From: Octopus sinensis
Taxonomy: Eukaryota
Direction of reading: 5' to 3'
DNA: 64,000 bases
Assembly: GCF_006345805.1 (NCBI RefSeq)
Contig: NW_021833024.1
Span: forward strand, 62,001 to 126,000
The first letter of the stretch is position 1, and each line of letters opens with the position of its first letter. Both the position numbers and the translations under genes were made by a program. The notes beneath the pieces were generated by a model. That model saw only the letters and a program-made list of their open reading frames with translations, made no database searches and had not been told where the DNA came from. Positions 25,852 to 37,741 of the stretch are shown here, in pieces.

Positions 25852-28800
25852 ATGGATCACTTCACGGATGAAATAAAATCTGTCGAGTTTCTAAAATCAA
25901 AAAAACTATTTCAACGCCTTTATGTTTCACTTTTTGTTTTGATTTACTGCATTTTCGTGGGCCTTTCCCGGCTTCCTCCCCTGGCAAACAATCCCTTCCT
26001 CACCACCATCGCACTGGGCACCCTTATCTGTCTCCATGCACTAACAATCCTCTCCTGCCTCTGGTACGTCGAGTTGGACAGAATATGCAATTACTCCTTT
26101 GTATGTGCATTCCTCATAAACCCTGTTAGACTAGTGAGGAGGAGGCCTCCCACGTGCTGGCTACCCCACACCCCAATAAGGGGGTCAAGTCAATCGAGCC
26201 AATTGTAAGTCCCCGATCATATTTATAGCTTTCAAATGACAAAAATGGGCGATATTTTATATATATGAAAGTCAAATTTATTTTCAATCCCATTTCTCAA
26301 CAATTCGACATCCCCAGTCACCCCGATGCCCAACTTGTGCCACGTGACGGTCCCCTTCCTCCACCAATTCAAAATCAGGACGAGATTGACCAACTGAGGT
26401 GGTCCTTTGACCAGAACGAAATGACCATCGACCTTCCAAGTTTCAAAAAAGTGTTTTTGGAGAAGGCAACATCTCCCTTCTTCGTTTTCCAGTCAATCTG
26501 CATGCTGTTGTGGTGTCTGGACGAGTATTGGGCATTTCCCCTCACCTCCCTCGCCATGCTGGTTGCCCTCGAAGCCATCAATTCTGTGCAACAACTCGGC
26601 TATATGAAAGAAATAAGGCAATTGGGGAATTGTAGACAAACAGTAAAAGTATTTCGATTCGGAAAGTGGTCCTCAATATCCTCGACTCTGCTTGTTCCGA
26701 GGGATGTGGTCTTTATTGGTTATTCCACCCTTCTAATGGGCAGACACTCAACTGGCCACCATTCCTTGTGATCTTCTCCTCCTCCACGGCTCCTGTGTCA
26801 CCAACGAGGCTTTACTGACGGGGGAATCTCTTCCAGTCATGAAAGTATTTCCAAACTCTCATTTTAAGGAACCAATTGACTTTTCAGTGGATGAATTTGA
26901 TGTTAATATTCACGGGAAACTGCATTTGCTTTATTCAGGGACCAGTCTAATCGACACCACCACTGACGGGCCACTTCCTTTGGGTTGTACAAAGGGCTGT
27001 CTCTGTGTTGTGGCCCGTACTGGATTCTCCACATTTCAGGGACGTCTTCTCAAGATTATTCTCCAAAACGCCCAGAACAGTCATCTTCATAGCTCTGACT
27101 CATTCTATCTTATTCTCCTCCTTCTCTGCTTTGGTATCGCCGCTGCCATCCATGTGTGGGTCTCTGGTTGTGTTTTGAGGAATATTCCAGTCGCGGAGGA
27201 GTATGCCAACAACCAGTACAAACTGCTTTTGAAATGCATGTTCATTCTGACATCAATTCTCCCTTCTGAACTCCCCCTCGAACTGACTATGGCAGTCAAT
27301 GCCAGTCTCAGGTCTCTTTCCAAACTGGGTATTCTTCTGAGTTGAGACAAAGGCATATTTTGCACTGAGTCGCACAGAATTCCCTTTGCGGGGAGAACTG
27401 GAATTTGTTGTTTTGACAAGACGGGGACACTCACGAGCGAACAACTCATTCTGGCAGGAGTCAACGGTCTCAAGTTGTCTCCATGAAGTGAGGTTTAGTA
27501 ATTCGGCAACTCTTCTGGGCTCCTCCGACTGTCCTGACAATCTCCTGGTGGCCATTGCTGCCTGCAATTCACTCCACACTCACAACAACACGGTCGTCGG
27601 AGATGTCCTCGAAAAGGCTCTCCTCGACTTCACTGATTACAGTTTTACTGGCAAAAGTGTGTTTTTGTTTGTAATGTTAGATAAACTGTCCCTCCAACGT
27701 GGAAAGGGGAGAACGATTCCTCCACAACTGGAGATTGTTCGGAGATTCCATTTTAGCTCGACTTTGCGTAGAATGACGGTTATTGGTCGTTTTATTCCAC
27801 GGAATTCCAACGTGACGAAATATTTCGTGGCAGTCAAAGGTGCCCCTGAAGCACTCAAGGATTGTGTATTTATCCTGTCTAACCATAGTTTGCCTCCATT
27901 CCTTCCGATTATGACAAGATTGTCAAACAGAGCATGTCCCTCGGTTACCGACTGTTGGCCATTGGGTACCGTCTCTGTGATAAATGTCCCCAAAACGACC
28001 TTTCAGTCCAGTTGGAGTTTTGTGGATTCGCCAATTTTTCGTCCGAGATAAAGTCTGATTCATTCAGCACTGTTGGCCAGTTACAGCAGTCGTCCCATCA
28101 CGTGCGTATTGTGGACTATTCCTTAGGTTATGATGATCACTGGGGACAGTCTTCACACTGCCTGCTACGTTGCCTCACGACTCGGAATAACACGGAGTGG
28201 TCCCAAAGTCCTCGTCGAAGGTCCACTTGTTGTGATATATTAGATGATGGGGACAAATTAGTATTCGGACTATCTGAGGCAGAGTATGCTGAGACGAGTT
28301 TGGAATGCTTTGAGCAGTCGTGGAGGGAGTGGTCGGTTTGTATGACAGGAAACGTGACTTGTTTCCGTCTGATGCCCGTAGGCCTCGGATATGCTGGCAA
28401 TGTCCAATCCCGACTTATTCCGACTGGTGTTGCCTCACGTGTGTGTGTTTGCCAGGACTGACCCACAACACAAGCAATCCCTGATATCCGAGATGACCCA
28501 GATGGGGTACTTTATTACAATGTGTGGAGATGGGACCAACGACGTGGGGGCACTCAAACAAGCCCACATCGGTAGTTGTAGTCCTATATTCACAGGGGTT
28601 GCGGTTGCCTCCGTTGACATTGTGGAACAAGTCGTGCCTGACGAGGACGGAAACGTGCTCAAGAAGTTGGGGGATGCCAGCATTGCGGCACCCTTTTCGT
28701 CCAAAAAGTCATCCCCGATGTGTGGTTTGTGTGTTTGAGATGACGACCAGTCAGGGACATAATCCGCGAAGGTCGTGGAGCCCTTGTCAAAAACTTGCAA

Positions 28801-29592
28801 ATGTTTAAAATTCTGGCCATCAGCGCTTTTATCAGTTCTTACGGCCAGAGCGTGCTTTATTTGGAAGGAGTGAGGATTGGGGACATGCAGGCGACAGTCC
28901 AGGGGCTCTGTTGTACTTATTTGGTCGTGACAGTCACAAATAGCCAAGTAATGTCAAGTTTTATTAGTCTAGTCTGCAGATATATTGTCTTCAATCAGAC
29001 CACAGGGGACATTCTTCACGCTTAGTTGTCTCCTCAGTGTGTTTGGACAGTTCTTTGTCCACTTTGGATCACTTTTGGCTGTCCGTACTGAACTCGATTA
29101 TTTCAGGGCCAATAATAACGTGTCAATCACTAACTTTACTCATTCCAACACGACCAGGTACTGTGTGTCGGTAGTATTCCAGCATTTTGGGTGATTCTCT
29201 GACATTTGCTCCCAGTCTGACCAATTCTTGCATTTGGCTGTTGTCAGTGGCAATGGATGTGAACGCCTGCTTTGTTAATTATCGAGTTGTCCTCTGAGTA
29301 GTTTGACTATAGGGACGTCCCTTCATGAAGAGTTGTGTCCAACAAAAGTCTCTTTTGTATGCCTTCCTGGCTATTCACGGCTTTGTCTTGTCACTTATTC
29401 TGGGATTATTTCCACAGATGCAGCAGAGTTTGTCTGTGATCGACATTCCTGTTCCAGTTTATTTGATGGATTCATTTTTAGCTTCAAACTCACTTGATTT
29501 GTATTATTCTATTTAATTTCCTTATCACCTATTTGATCAACGCCATATGCGAGTATTACTCGGATGCTCGCTCACTCAGTAACCCAGTTTGA
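25852..29592 (+). CDS. ATP13A1: P5A-type P-type ATPase, 18 introns
   Basis: Splices in frame end to end: [82 protein letters not shown]; introns 23-29 nt. Confidence 0.96.
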
Positions 29593-30444
29593 CTTTTCTT
29601 TAATTTAATAAATCGACTGTTTATTCAACATCCTTAAACTATTCCATCTTTTGAGAGAACGCGTTTTATTTTTCTGAATAAAGTAAATAAAACGAATTTT
29701 CCGCTTGCTTTTTGATATTCAATTTTCCACTGGGATTGTCGTAGTTAGTATGCTATCAATAACCAGGGATAAATTTATAGTAAGATTAGTCATCAAAATA
29801 TATTTGCAATCGAACAAATTAGAGTGATACTTTATTTGGTATGGTCATTCAGTTCAAGTTGGGTTGACTATTCTGCATGGGATTGCTGTCAACCTGCAGA
29901 AAAAATAAACCCAGGAAATCTCTCCAATATTCTGTTAATTTGATTTTGCGACTTTGAATTCGTAACAATCTATTAAGGTTAACTAAATAATTTATTCTAA
30001 GAAACATGTTTCTTGATAGGACAGGAAAACAATCAGGATTCGCCAGTGGCTGCACTGCGAATAACAAAGAAGTTACCTTGCAAAATATTCTATGGTACAG
30101 CCAGCTGGTTTCCCGGTGTTGAAAGATCTTCTTTCCGATCAATTTCCCAATTATAGACAGAATTCTCTTCCAGGTCGCCCAATCATACCCCCTGCCGCAA
30201 TTGAAACAAAGTTAAGAAAAGGAACAGCATTTACAAAATGAAACAGAATTAAAAAAGAACGGAAAGGAAAGAGGGCTAGCAAAAGAGAAATTTCCATACA
30301 CAAGGGGATACCAATTTAGGTCAGCAGAAATCACTAATTTAGTTGAATGTAAAGAAATTTGTGATCGAATCGAAAAATCGCCTAAACATCCGACTACACG
30401 GTAATTCTAACAAAAACGTGTGCAATAATACAAAAAATAAATAA

Positions 30445-30707
30445 TCACTGTGTCAGTTTAAAAAATTTAGTTGATAGTCTCGAGGAGGCATCCAGGGAAG
30501 AAATAAGTCGTGAATTAAGTTCATTAAATTGCTTTTCAATGTTGTCTATAAACGACAAATCCTGAACATTAGCATTCATTCTGTTGATCGAGTTGATGGC
30601 CCCCTGCTATTCGTAATTCAAAAAACCTCGCAGTTTTCTACTAAAATTGAGGTCGTCTGCTTGATTTTGATTTTACACTCAACTAACTCTTTTACCAACT
30701 GATCCAT
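30445..30707 (-). CDS. Small orphan, predicted coiled-coil protein of about 80 aa
   Basis: MDQLVKELVECKIKIKQTTSILVENCE, 20-nt GT-AG intron, QGAINSINRMNANVQDLSFIDNIEKQFNELNSRLISSLDASSRLSTKFFKLTQ*; no family recognised. Confidence 0.4.
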
Positions 30708-30918
30708 TTTATTTGAAAATATTATAAAAATAATGTTAATAATTTTTTATAAAATATATATTATATTCTACTACATGAATTCCAAATTTAAATTAAAACA
30801 CAAATCTTACTTTTTTGATTTTTGAAAAATTCTTATAAAAATTAGTCAAACATATAGATCTTTGAAAGGTGAGATGAATTATTACAATAATTTAATTTAA
30901 TCACAAATTAGTATTTAA

Positions 30919-32042
30919 ATGATCAGAAATATTAATAAAATATCGGGTTCTAATTTAATTTTTGTGGCACATATGTATCGTGGGTCCCGCGGATATTTTT
31001 TTGACAATTTGCGGAAATCATATTCAAGAACCGCTGGAATTAAAGCAGCAGAAAACAAATATAGCTTATTGACCAAACTGGACACATTTTTAATATCAAT
31101 TGGAATTATAATTCTCATTTCAGTCTACTTCTACACAAAATCCACGTCCGTCACCAAAATGATAGTCAACGATCCAATTGTCCGCGGTATCCCTCCACAT
31201 CCTAATATTAGGTCTGACCAGCTCGAACTGTTCCCTCTCCCCCGTATATCCACCCTTTAATAATATAGAACTGCGATTTGGAGGAAGCCAAGTCAGTCCT
31301 TCTCTCAATAATCCACCAACTGAGAAGACAAGTCGGTTTTCCCACGTTTTTCCACCATTTAGGAGACCTGGAATGTTGGGGTGTCGAATATGAGCCTATA
31401 AACATTAGCCAGTTCAAATTGGGGACAGAAACATTCAATCAAGTCATCCAATGGGCTATCAGTGAGAGAAGTCTCGGAATCAGGTCGAGTTGTGTCATAA
31501 AATCAGCTGTCTGACCCACCTGGGAGACCAAACTGACCAAATCAGTCACGTTTGGACTCTCAAATCGAGGATATCCCACAAACCGCTGTGGTGTCGAATA
31601 TATTTCGCAGTTTGGCGAGTTTTGACATACTTTATAATACTAGTTTTGGGTACTAGTAGCAAATAATGTTTACTAGTATTGCTGGGGTTGCTTTTGGTTA
31701 GATTTTGGAGTAGAAGAAGGAGAATTGAGAGTGAAAACGTGGAGAAACTGGCATTGGAGATTATTGGTTGGTTAGTTTAGTTTTGATGACTGACTTTTTG
31801 AAAAAACGGCGTATTCGGGCGTGTAGTGGGGTGTCCCCCTCCATTCCACTTCTCCACATTCGGGATGAGTTGATCAAACTGGAGGACAGGTTTGGGGGGC
31901 ACTCATTGGTAGAGCAAGGATGAGGACGATGTGGAATAATGCTTGTAAATTGTTGGAGATGCACGAAACACGAGTCAAACAGGGAGTCGAGTTGATTTTT
32001 GGGGAGGAATTTGTCACTTTAATGTGGATTGGTGATGAATGA
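30919..32042 (+). CDS. LEMD2/MAN1-like inner nuclear membrane protein (two TM segments, MSC and winged-helix region), 7 introns; start uncertain
   Basis: TM1 LISIGIIILISVYFY; RRQVGDLECWG; FNQVIQWA; KPLWCRIYFAVWRV; TM2; IIDFLKKRR..SIPLLHIRDELI..MWNNACKLLEMHETRV..GEEFVTLMW*. Confidence 0.8.
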
Positions 32043-32179
32043 ATGCATTTATAGACACGTTTATTCTATTAATTTTATGAGTTTATTGAGGTTGGTCAAC
32101 CAGGGATTTCGTTTAGCACATTCGGAAGATAATTAAGTGAAGCTTGTAGATAGGCAGGGCGCCCAGCTAGGAATTATTA

Positions 32180-32850
32180 TTAGAACCAAGATCACCGTCC
32201 AGAACATAGAACTAATTAATCAGCTGCTTCTTTGAGGAGGGTCCTCATCTCTGCCGGGTGCTCCTCCCTAGTCCCGACACAATTTCTATGAGGGCGCAGT
32301 AATGCAGTTTTAGGGCCTGTAGGCCCAAGGTTCCTTCCCAAGATTTCTTTGAATGAGGCGATGAATAGATGTTCATTCGGCCCTTTAGTGCTCCCCGAAA
32401 TCTTTCTTAAGTTTTTTCGATTTTTTCACGGTTCGTTTCACTGACAAACCCTCCCCACAAGTATAACTAATGGAGGGTTTGATGTATTGCCGGTAGATTG
32501 ATTGACGTGTAGGGAAGCTGATCCATTGTTTGCGTTTTCGGAGGAACACTTTTAAGATGTCCAGTTTCATTATCCAACTTGTAACATTTTCAACTTGTTG
32601 GGAGAAACACATATGACTATCGTAAGTCGCGCCGAGAATTTTCTGGGATTTTTTAAAAGGGATTTCCATGTTGTTTAGATATAAGTTTACCACCATTTTC
32701 CCAAGCTTCCTTGCTGAAGTCAGAAGCGTAGTGACCGATTTTTTAGGACTCGTTGATAGTCGATTTATCGAAAGCCATAATCCGCGGAAACTGTTTCTCA
32801 ATCCCTGAGGCTGGGAGGGAGTCCTAAACTGCGTAGTCTTCAACAAACTT
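32180..32850 (-). mobile_element. 5'-truncated LINE (post-RT region to 3' UTR), same family as 55327-56412
   Basis: VNLYLNNMEIPFKKSQKILGATYDSHMCF..IYRQYIKPSISY parallels 55728-56369; 3' motif GGTGATCTTGGTT followed by TAATAATAA. Confidence 0.8.
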
Positions 32851-33149
32851 TCTCCTTTTCTGACACACTTTTTTTGATATTAAAAAAAGTGTAAACTGGT
32901 TTGAGGAGTGCCTTCTGGGTATAAAATTAAATCATTTTAATAATCATTTTCGACTTTTCAAAGATCTTTCAAAAATAAAAGAAGTTTGATTTGTGTTTTG
33001 ATTTGTCCTGGAATATATGTTTATACAAAATTATGAACATTCTTAATATTTTGACCACTTTTTGGTTTTAGGATGTTTATATGCCTGTTTGCCTATTCAG
33101 AAATATTTGAGAAATGTTTTTTTAAAGACGTAGTTGGATGAAAGGCCAG

Positions 33150-33594
33150 AACTAAAGAGAGATAACTTCGGGGGTAGGTTTGATTGTCTTCTATCGAAAG
33201 ATAATAAAGTGAACGATGATTTGAGGACAAAGCCTCGAGCCTGTTCTCGATGAGCCAATTCTCAAAGGAATATAGCTATTGCTGAATGTAACAAGAAGCT
33301 GATATGTAGTCAGCGTGTTTAAAAACAATAATAATGTCATCTACAAAGTCATGCAAATACAAGTTGAACAGGGACGGAGACAACCCAGAACCCTGCGGCA
33401 CCCCATTTAGAAGACAGCGTTGTTTTGAACCGTGTTCCATAAGAGAGACGTATCCCATTCGACCCGATAACAAGTTTGCAAGCCAGGATTTGAAGTTTGA
33501 GTCTGCCTTTAAAATTTTGTCGAGTCCACACCAACGGACGGGGTCAAACGCCTTTGAGATATCGTGACTTAAAAACATATAGGAAGAATATATA
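33150..33594 (-). mobile_element. LINE RT core remnant abutting the WDR5 stop codon
   Basis: HDISKAFD..LKSWLANLLSGR..GVPQGSGLSPSLFNLYLHD..FKHADY. Confidence 0.85.
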
Positions 33595-34512
33595 TTAGGA
33601 ATAGTGCCAGAGTGTGACAGTTTTGTTAGGCTCAAGAGCGGAGGTGGCAATGACGGGGAGAGTTGGGTGTAAATCAAGAGAAAGAAGAGGATTGGGGCCG
33701 GTTGGAATACACTCACAAATCCTGGCCGACCGAACATCCCACTTATAGAATGCCCCATCTTCAGATGCACTCATCACTGACTGCCCCTCCTCACGTCCCC
33801 CAAAAATAACCGACAAACAAAATTTGTTGTTGACATGTCCTTCAAACGTCCTCACAACCTTCGAGGAGGAGAGATCCCACAGTTTAATCCGCGAATCCAC
33901 CGTGGCAATCAACATGTACTTCCCATTGGGCGAGAACAGGGCAGCCGAGACTGGCGGAGTGTCCCCACTGAGGAGAGTTCTCAGACACTGGCCAGTCGCA
34001 GTGTCCCAAATCCGTGAAAGTCCATCAAGACTGCCCGACAGAATGAGAGACCCGTCGGTTATAAAGTCGACCGCGGAAATTGGGTCGGAATGGGCAGGCA
34101 ATGTCCTGAGTGGAGTCCCTCCGCGGACATCCCACACGAGGACTGTCTCATCGAATGACCCCGAGGCAATAATATTGCACTGAGGGTTCACCACACAGCA
34201 GAAGACAAAGCTCGAATGTCCCCGAAGAGTCTTCAGACATTTCCCGGTGATAAAGTCCCATATTTTTAACGTGTTGTCGTCCGAGGCTGTAATCAGGTAA
34301 CGACTGTCGGGGGACCAGCAGACGTCCGACAGTCCCAGTTTGTGTCCCCCGAAGGATTTCTCGAAATTGCCGTCGTGGGCGTTGAAAATGCGGAGAATTG
34401 AATCACCGGAAGCCACGGCCAGCCAGTTTCCGCACAAACTGAACCGAACGCGGGATACTGGCTTTAACATTCCAGATAGAGAATATTTCTTGATATATTT
34501 ACTTGTAGTCAT
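33595..34512 (-). CDS. WDR5: WDR5-like WD40 protein, intronless, 305 aa
   Basis: Uninterrupted ORF: GHKLGLSDVCWSPDSR..ASDDNTLKIWD..GKCLKTLRGHSSFVFCC..NPQCNIIASGSFDE..AHSDPISAV..SPNGKY..GHVNNKFC. Confidence 0.9.
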   Translation of the reverse strand: MTTSKYIKKYSLSGMLKPVSRVRFSLCGNWLAVASGDSILRIFNAHDGNFEKSFGGHKLGLSDVCWSPDSRYLITASDDNTLKIWDFITGKCLKTLRGHSSFVFCCVVNPQCNIIASGSFDETVLVWDVRGGTPLRTLPAHSDPISAVDFITDGSLILSGSLDGLSRIWDTATGQCLRTLLSGDTPPVSAALFSPNGKYMLIATVDSRIKLWDLSSSKVVRTFEGHVNNKFCLSVIFGGREEGQSVMSASEDGAFYKWDVRSARICECIPTGPNPLLSLDLHPTLPVIATSALEPNKTVTLWHYS

Positions 34513-34599
34513 TTAATATATAACAAGACAATATTTATTTTTAAATTAATTAATACTTTTTTAAATGTATTAAATAATTTAAATAAATAACCCATTTAA
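34513..34599. promoter_or_regulatory. 87-bp very AT-rich spacer between divergent start codons (putative bidirectional promoter)
   Basis: Separates the WDR5 ATG (34512, minus) from the VPS35L ATG (34600, plus). Confidence 0.55.
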
Positions 34600-37500
34600 A
34601 TGAATCAGGTGGAATGGTCCTCATTAATTTTTAACCTCACTTAGGAAACCATTGAATAGAAACTACGCCCGAGAAAACTCATCATTCCGTCTACCAGGGA
34701 CAAAAACAACTCAGCATCCTTTGATAAAAAAACAAGTCAAAAGTCCAATTACCTCTAGGAATTTCACCTGACTAAAGAACCCTCGCTGGATACCCAGAAA
34801 GTCACTCTGGAAGAGACAAAGACCATGGACGACCCCCTCTCATTGGCCTATCTAAGAAAAGAATGTGTTAATAACAGAAACGTAATCTTCCACTCACATT
34901 TGAGGTTATCCACGAACTGGAGAAGGCAGTGAATACACGTGACCCTGATTGGACTCGTCAAAAGGGATCCATAATCCACCAATTCCTCCAACCTGGCCAA
35001 ACCTTCATAGAGGACTGTTTTATTCTAGAAACTACCCTTCCAGGTACTCTCCGTGTCTATATAAAGGCTCTTATTCCGTCCCGTACAAATTCGAACACGA
35101 TTTGTTTGTGGTGAGCAACCCTCCGTCGGTTTGTCTGGTTGAGTAATCGTTAGGAGTTGTTGACACTCAATAAGAGTTGTGAGAACACGACAGGCTGCAT
35201 TGACTACATGTATTCAGTCCTTAATAATATTCTCTTCCATTGGACGGACAACAAGCTCGCCTCATTTATTCAACTTAACGAGGTGAGAATGGTTGGGTGA
35301 CCGCAGTGTCTTTCGTTTGTTGGGGAAATGGGCGATTCTCCGTATTTTGTACCACTTTTTGTGATGGTTGTTGATGTTTTGGAGAAATTCTCTTCTTTGG
35401 TGTATGAGAGGATGCTTGCTTTGGGCACTCTGCCTAATCGGGTGTCCGCACTGCTGGAAAACAGTTGGGAACTCGACACTGTAGCTTAGAACTGGACAGG
35501 AATGCCTACCGAGAGGACACTCTGTTCGAAATTGGGTGGAATTGGATATTCAAAGTGGAGTCACTTGAGTGTCCCTTTGCCAGAATTCTCATAAAACTGT
35601 CCATCTTCAAATGCTTCCAAATAATCGTGCCTGACTAGTTAGTCCTGTTTGTGTGTCCTTCAGTGACTCTCATCAGTCCTTGGTGTCCCTTTTCAAGTCA
35701 ATTCGCGGAATTGGTTGTCCTCTCTTGGCCTTGTATGTCCGCTACTACGCCACCAGAGTCGCCCGTTTGTTTTTTCCCCACCAAAAAGAACATTTTTTGT
35801 TGTTTTTAAGCGACTTTGAGAAAGAAGTGTCTCAGATGGATATTCCCTACGAGAAAGCAGTGCCTGCCCTCTATTGGATAGTCCACGCACTCCTGGCTGA
35901 CTGTCCCCCCTCGGAGAGCAGACAGTACCTCCTCCTTCTGATGGAATACAAGACGAGGTATCTGTTTTTAGAGAGTGCAGTCGTTTTTTGGTGTGTTCGC
36001 TTATTCGATGTGTGTCTGACCAGGATGTGGTGGATAATTACTCGACAATTCTGTGCAGACTGAGCAGTGTAGAGGAGTGGTGTTATTGTAGTACATTGGG
36101 TGTGTCCATGTGGGCAAATCACTCATTCGACTGGGTGGATATATTTCTAATCACATGGACTACCTCAAACAGATGTGGGTGTTCGTTGAGTCCATTTCTT
36201 CATTGACGGTTTGTTGGTGGTTATATTTAAGGAATATTTGTCTGTTGTTGTCGTCTGGTCTGAGTTTGTGGCTCGTCATTTCCAAATTAAACAAATCGAC
36301 TTGCTTATTTCCGCGGTGGTGGACAGACTGTCGGGGGACCCTGAAGACGCCCACCAGACTTTGTTGTCCCAAATACTCCAAAATGTAGTCCAATACTCAC
36401 AAGACTTTATTTCCTGTTATCTGCTGGTTCCCTTTTGGTTTTCAACTCAGACGAGTTTCCGTATTCTGTTGCAAATGATCACGGATTCCGGAGGGGAGTT
36501 GCAAGTCTGTGGGAAGGTATTGTCGCGTTATGTGAGACTGGACACGGAGTTTGACCGCAGTTCGGTGGATGCCGTATTGGAGGCCATCAGTGTAGTCAAT
36601 GCGAATACAAGGTGGGTTGTCCTCATCATTCGAGGTGTGACTCCGAGGGGACTGTCGAGGCAGATATTCTCGCATTTCTCCACAGAATTTCATCTGTGGC
36701 CGATTTTAGTCAACAACTTGAATTTTTTGGTGATTTAAGAGCACGTGCTTTTAAGTTCCCTCGAATAATAGTCGGGATAATCCATTCAGTTGTCAAAATA
36801 CTTATTTCAATTGTCCGTTCGAAGGTGGATGAAGAGTTGATGAAGTCCTGTTCGTCCTTCCTGCTGATAACAATCCCCTCCCTCACCGACGTGTGCGAGA
36901 GACTGAGTCTGTCCTCTCTGTGTCTTCAGACCGCCTTTTTGGCCCGGAGTGTGGGACAGGGTTGAATTGTTGTTTCATTTCAGGGCACGCCTTTGTCGAG
37001 TTGATGCTCAGAGATTTGAAGATTCTTTTTACTGATTATAGTCATAAACGAGCAGATGATTGTGTGGCAGCCTTCCTGTCCTCGACTTTGCTCGTCCCGG
37101 TATTTCCGTCCAAACAAAGCAGGATGACCCCACTGGAGGTATGTTGGATCATTTACTGGGATTTGTCCAAACTCTCGCCGACTCCAATCTGCCTGCCTTC
37201 CCCAAAGTGAGGTACATGAGTTGGACGGTCGCCATTGCCTCCGCGTTTTGCCAGAAGAGTTACGTCATTGGACTGAAATCAGGTCGAGGGATTTGGAAGA
37301 GCCGTAGCTTCTAGTTTGTTCAAATGAGATTCTCTACGGTGGAGATCCGCGCTTTCTTTCATTGGTGATGACTACAGTTGGGAAGGTGATTGTCGACATG
37401 TCCAGGATTTTGGCAAATGAAGCGGTTTTTTGCTGCTGTGAATGGTAGAATACGTCGAGGGAATGGGAGGAATATTTATCTACTGTGATAGTAAACACTG

Positions 37501-37741
37501 ATTTGTCCGACACTCGAATGCTCGATTATTTGCACAACAGTTGCTTTACTCATATTCTTCGTCCTTATTCTTACATTCTGGTTGTTTTTGTCGAATTACG
37601 TATAGAAGTCAGAGGATGCTTCTAGAGGCTGTTCTCTCCGTTCAAAACAGAATAATATTTTCCTTAGTACTGTTTAATTTCTTACTAACTAATTGGCTTT
37701 TTTGTGGATTAAATGTTGTCCTATATAAGGTGGTTTCTTAA
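34600..37741 (+). CDS. VPS35L: Retriever/Commander subunit VPS35L (C16orf62); 3' end approximate
   Basis: MNQVEWKPLNRNY..HPL; PDWTRQKGSII; FVMVVDVLEKFSSLVYERM; IRGIGCPLLALYVRYYATRVA parallel conserved VPS35L blocks; many mini-introns. Confidence 0.85.

Noticed and set aside
29750-30410. Possible plus-strand gene after ATP13A1
   Set aside because: Open segments exist but could not be joined into one supported model
33276-33770. 164-aa ORF as a WDR5-RT fusion
   Set aside because: It reads the WDR5 end out of frame and runs into a decayed RT lacking YADD
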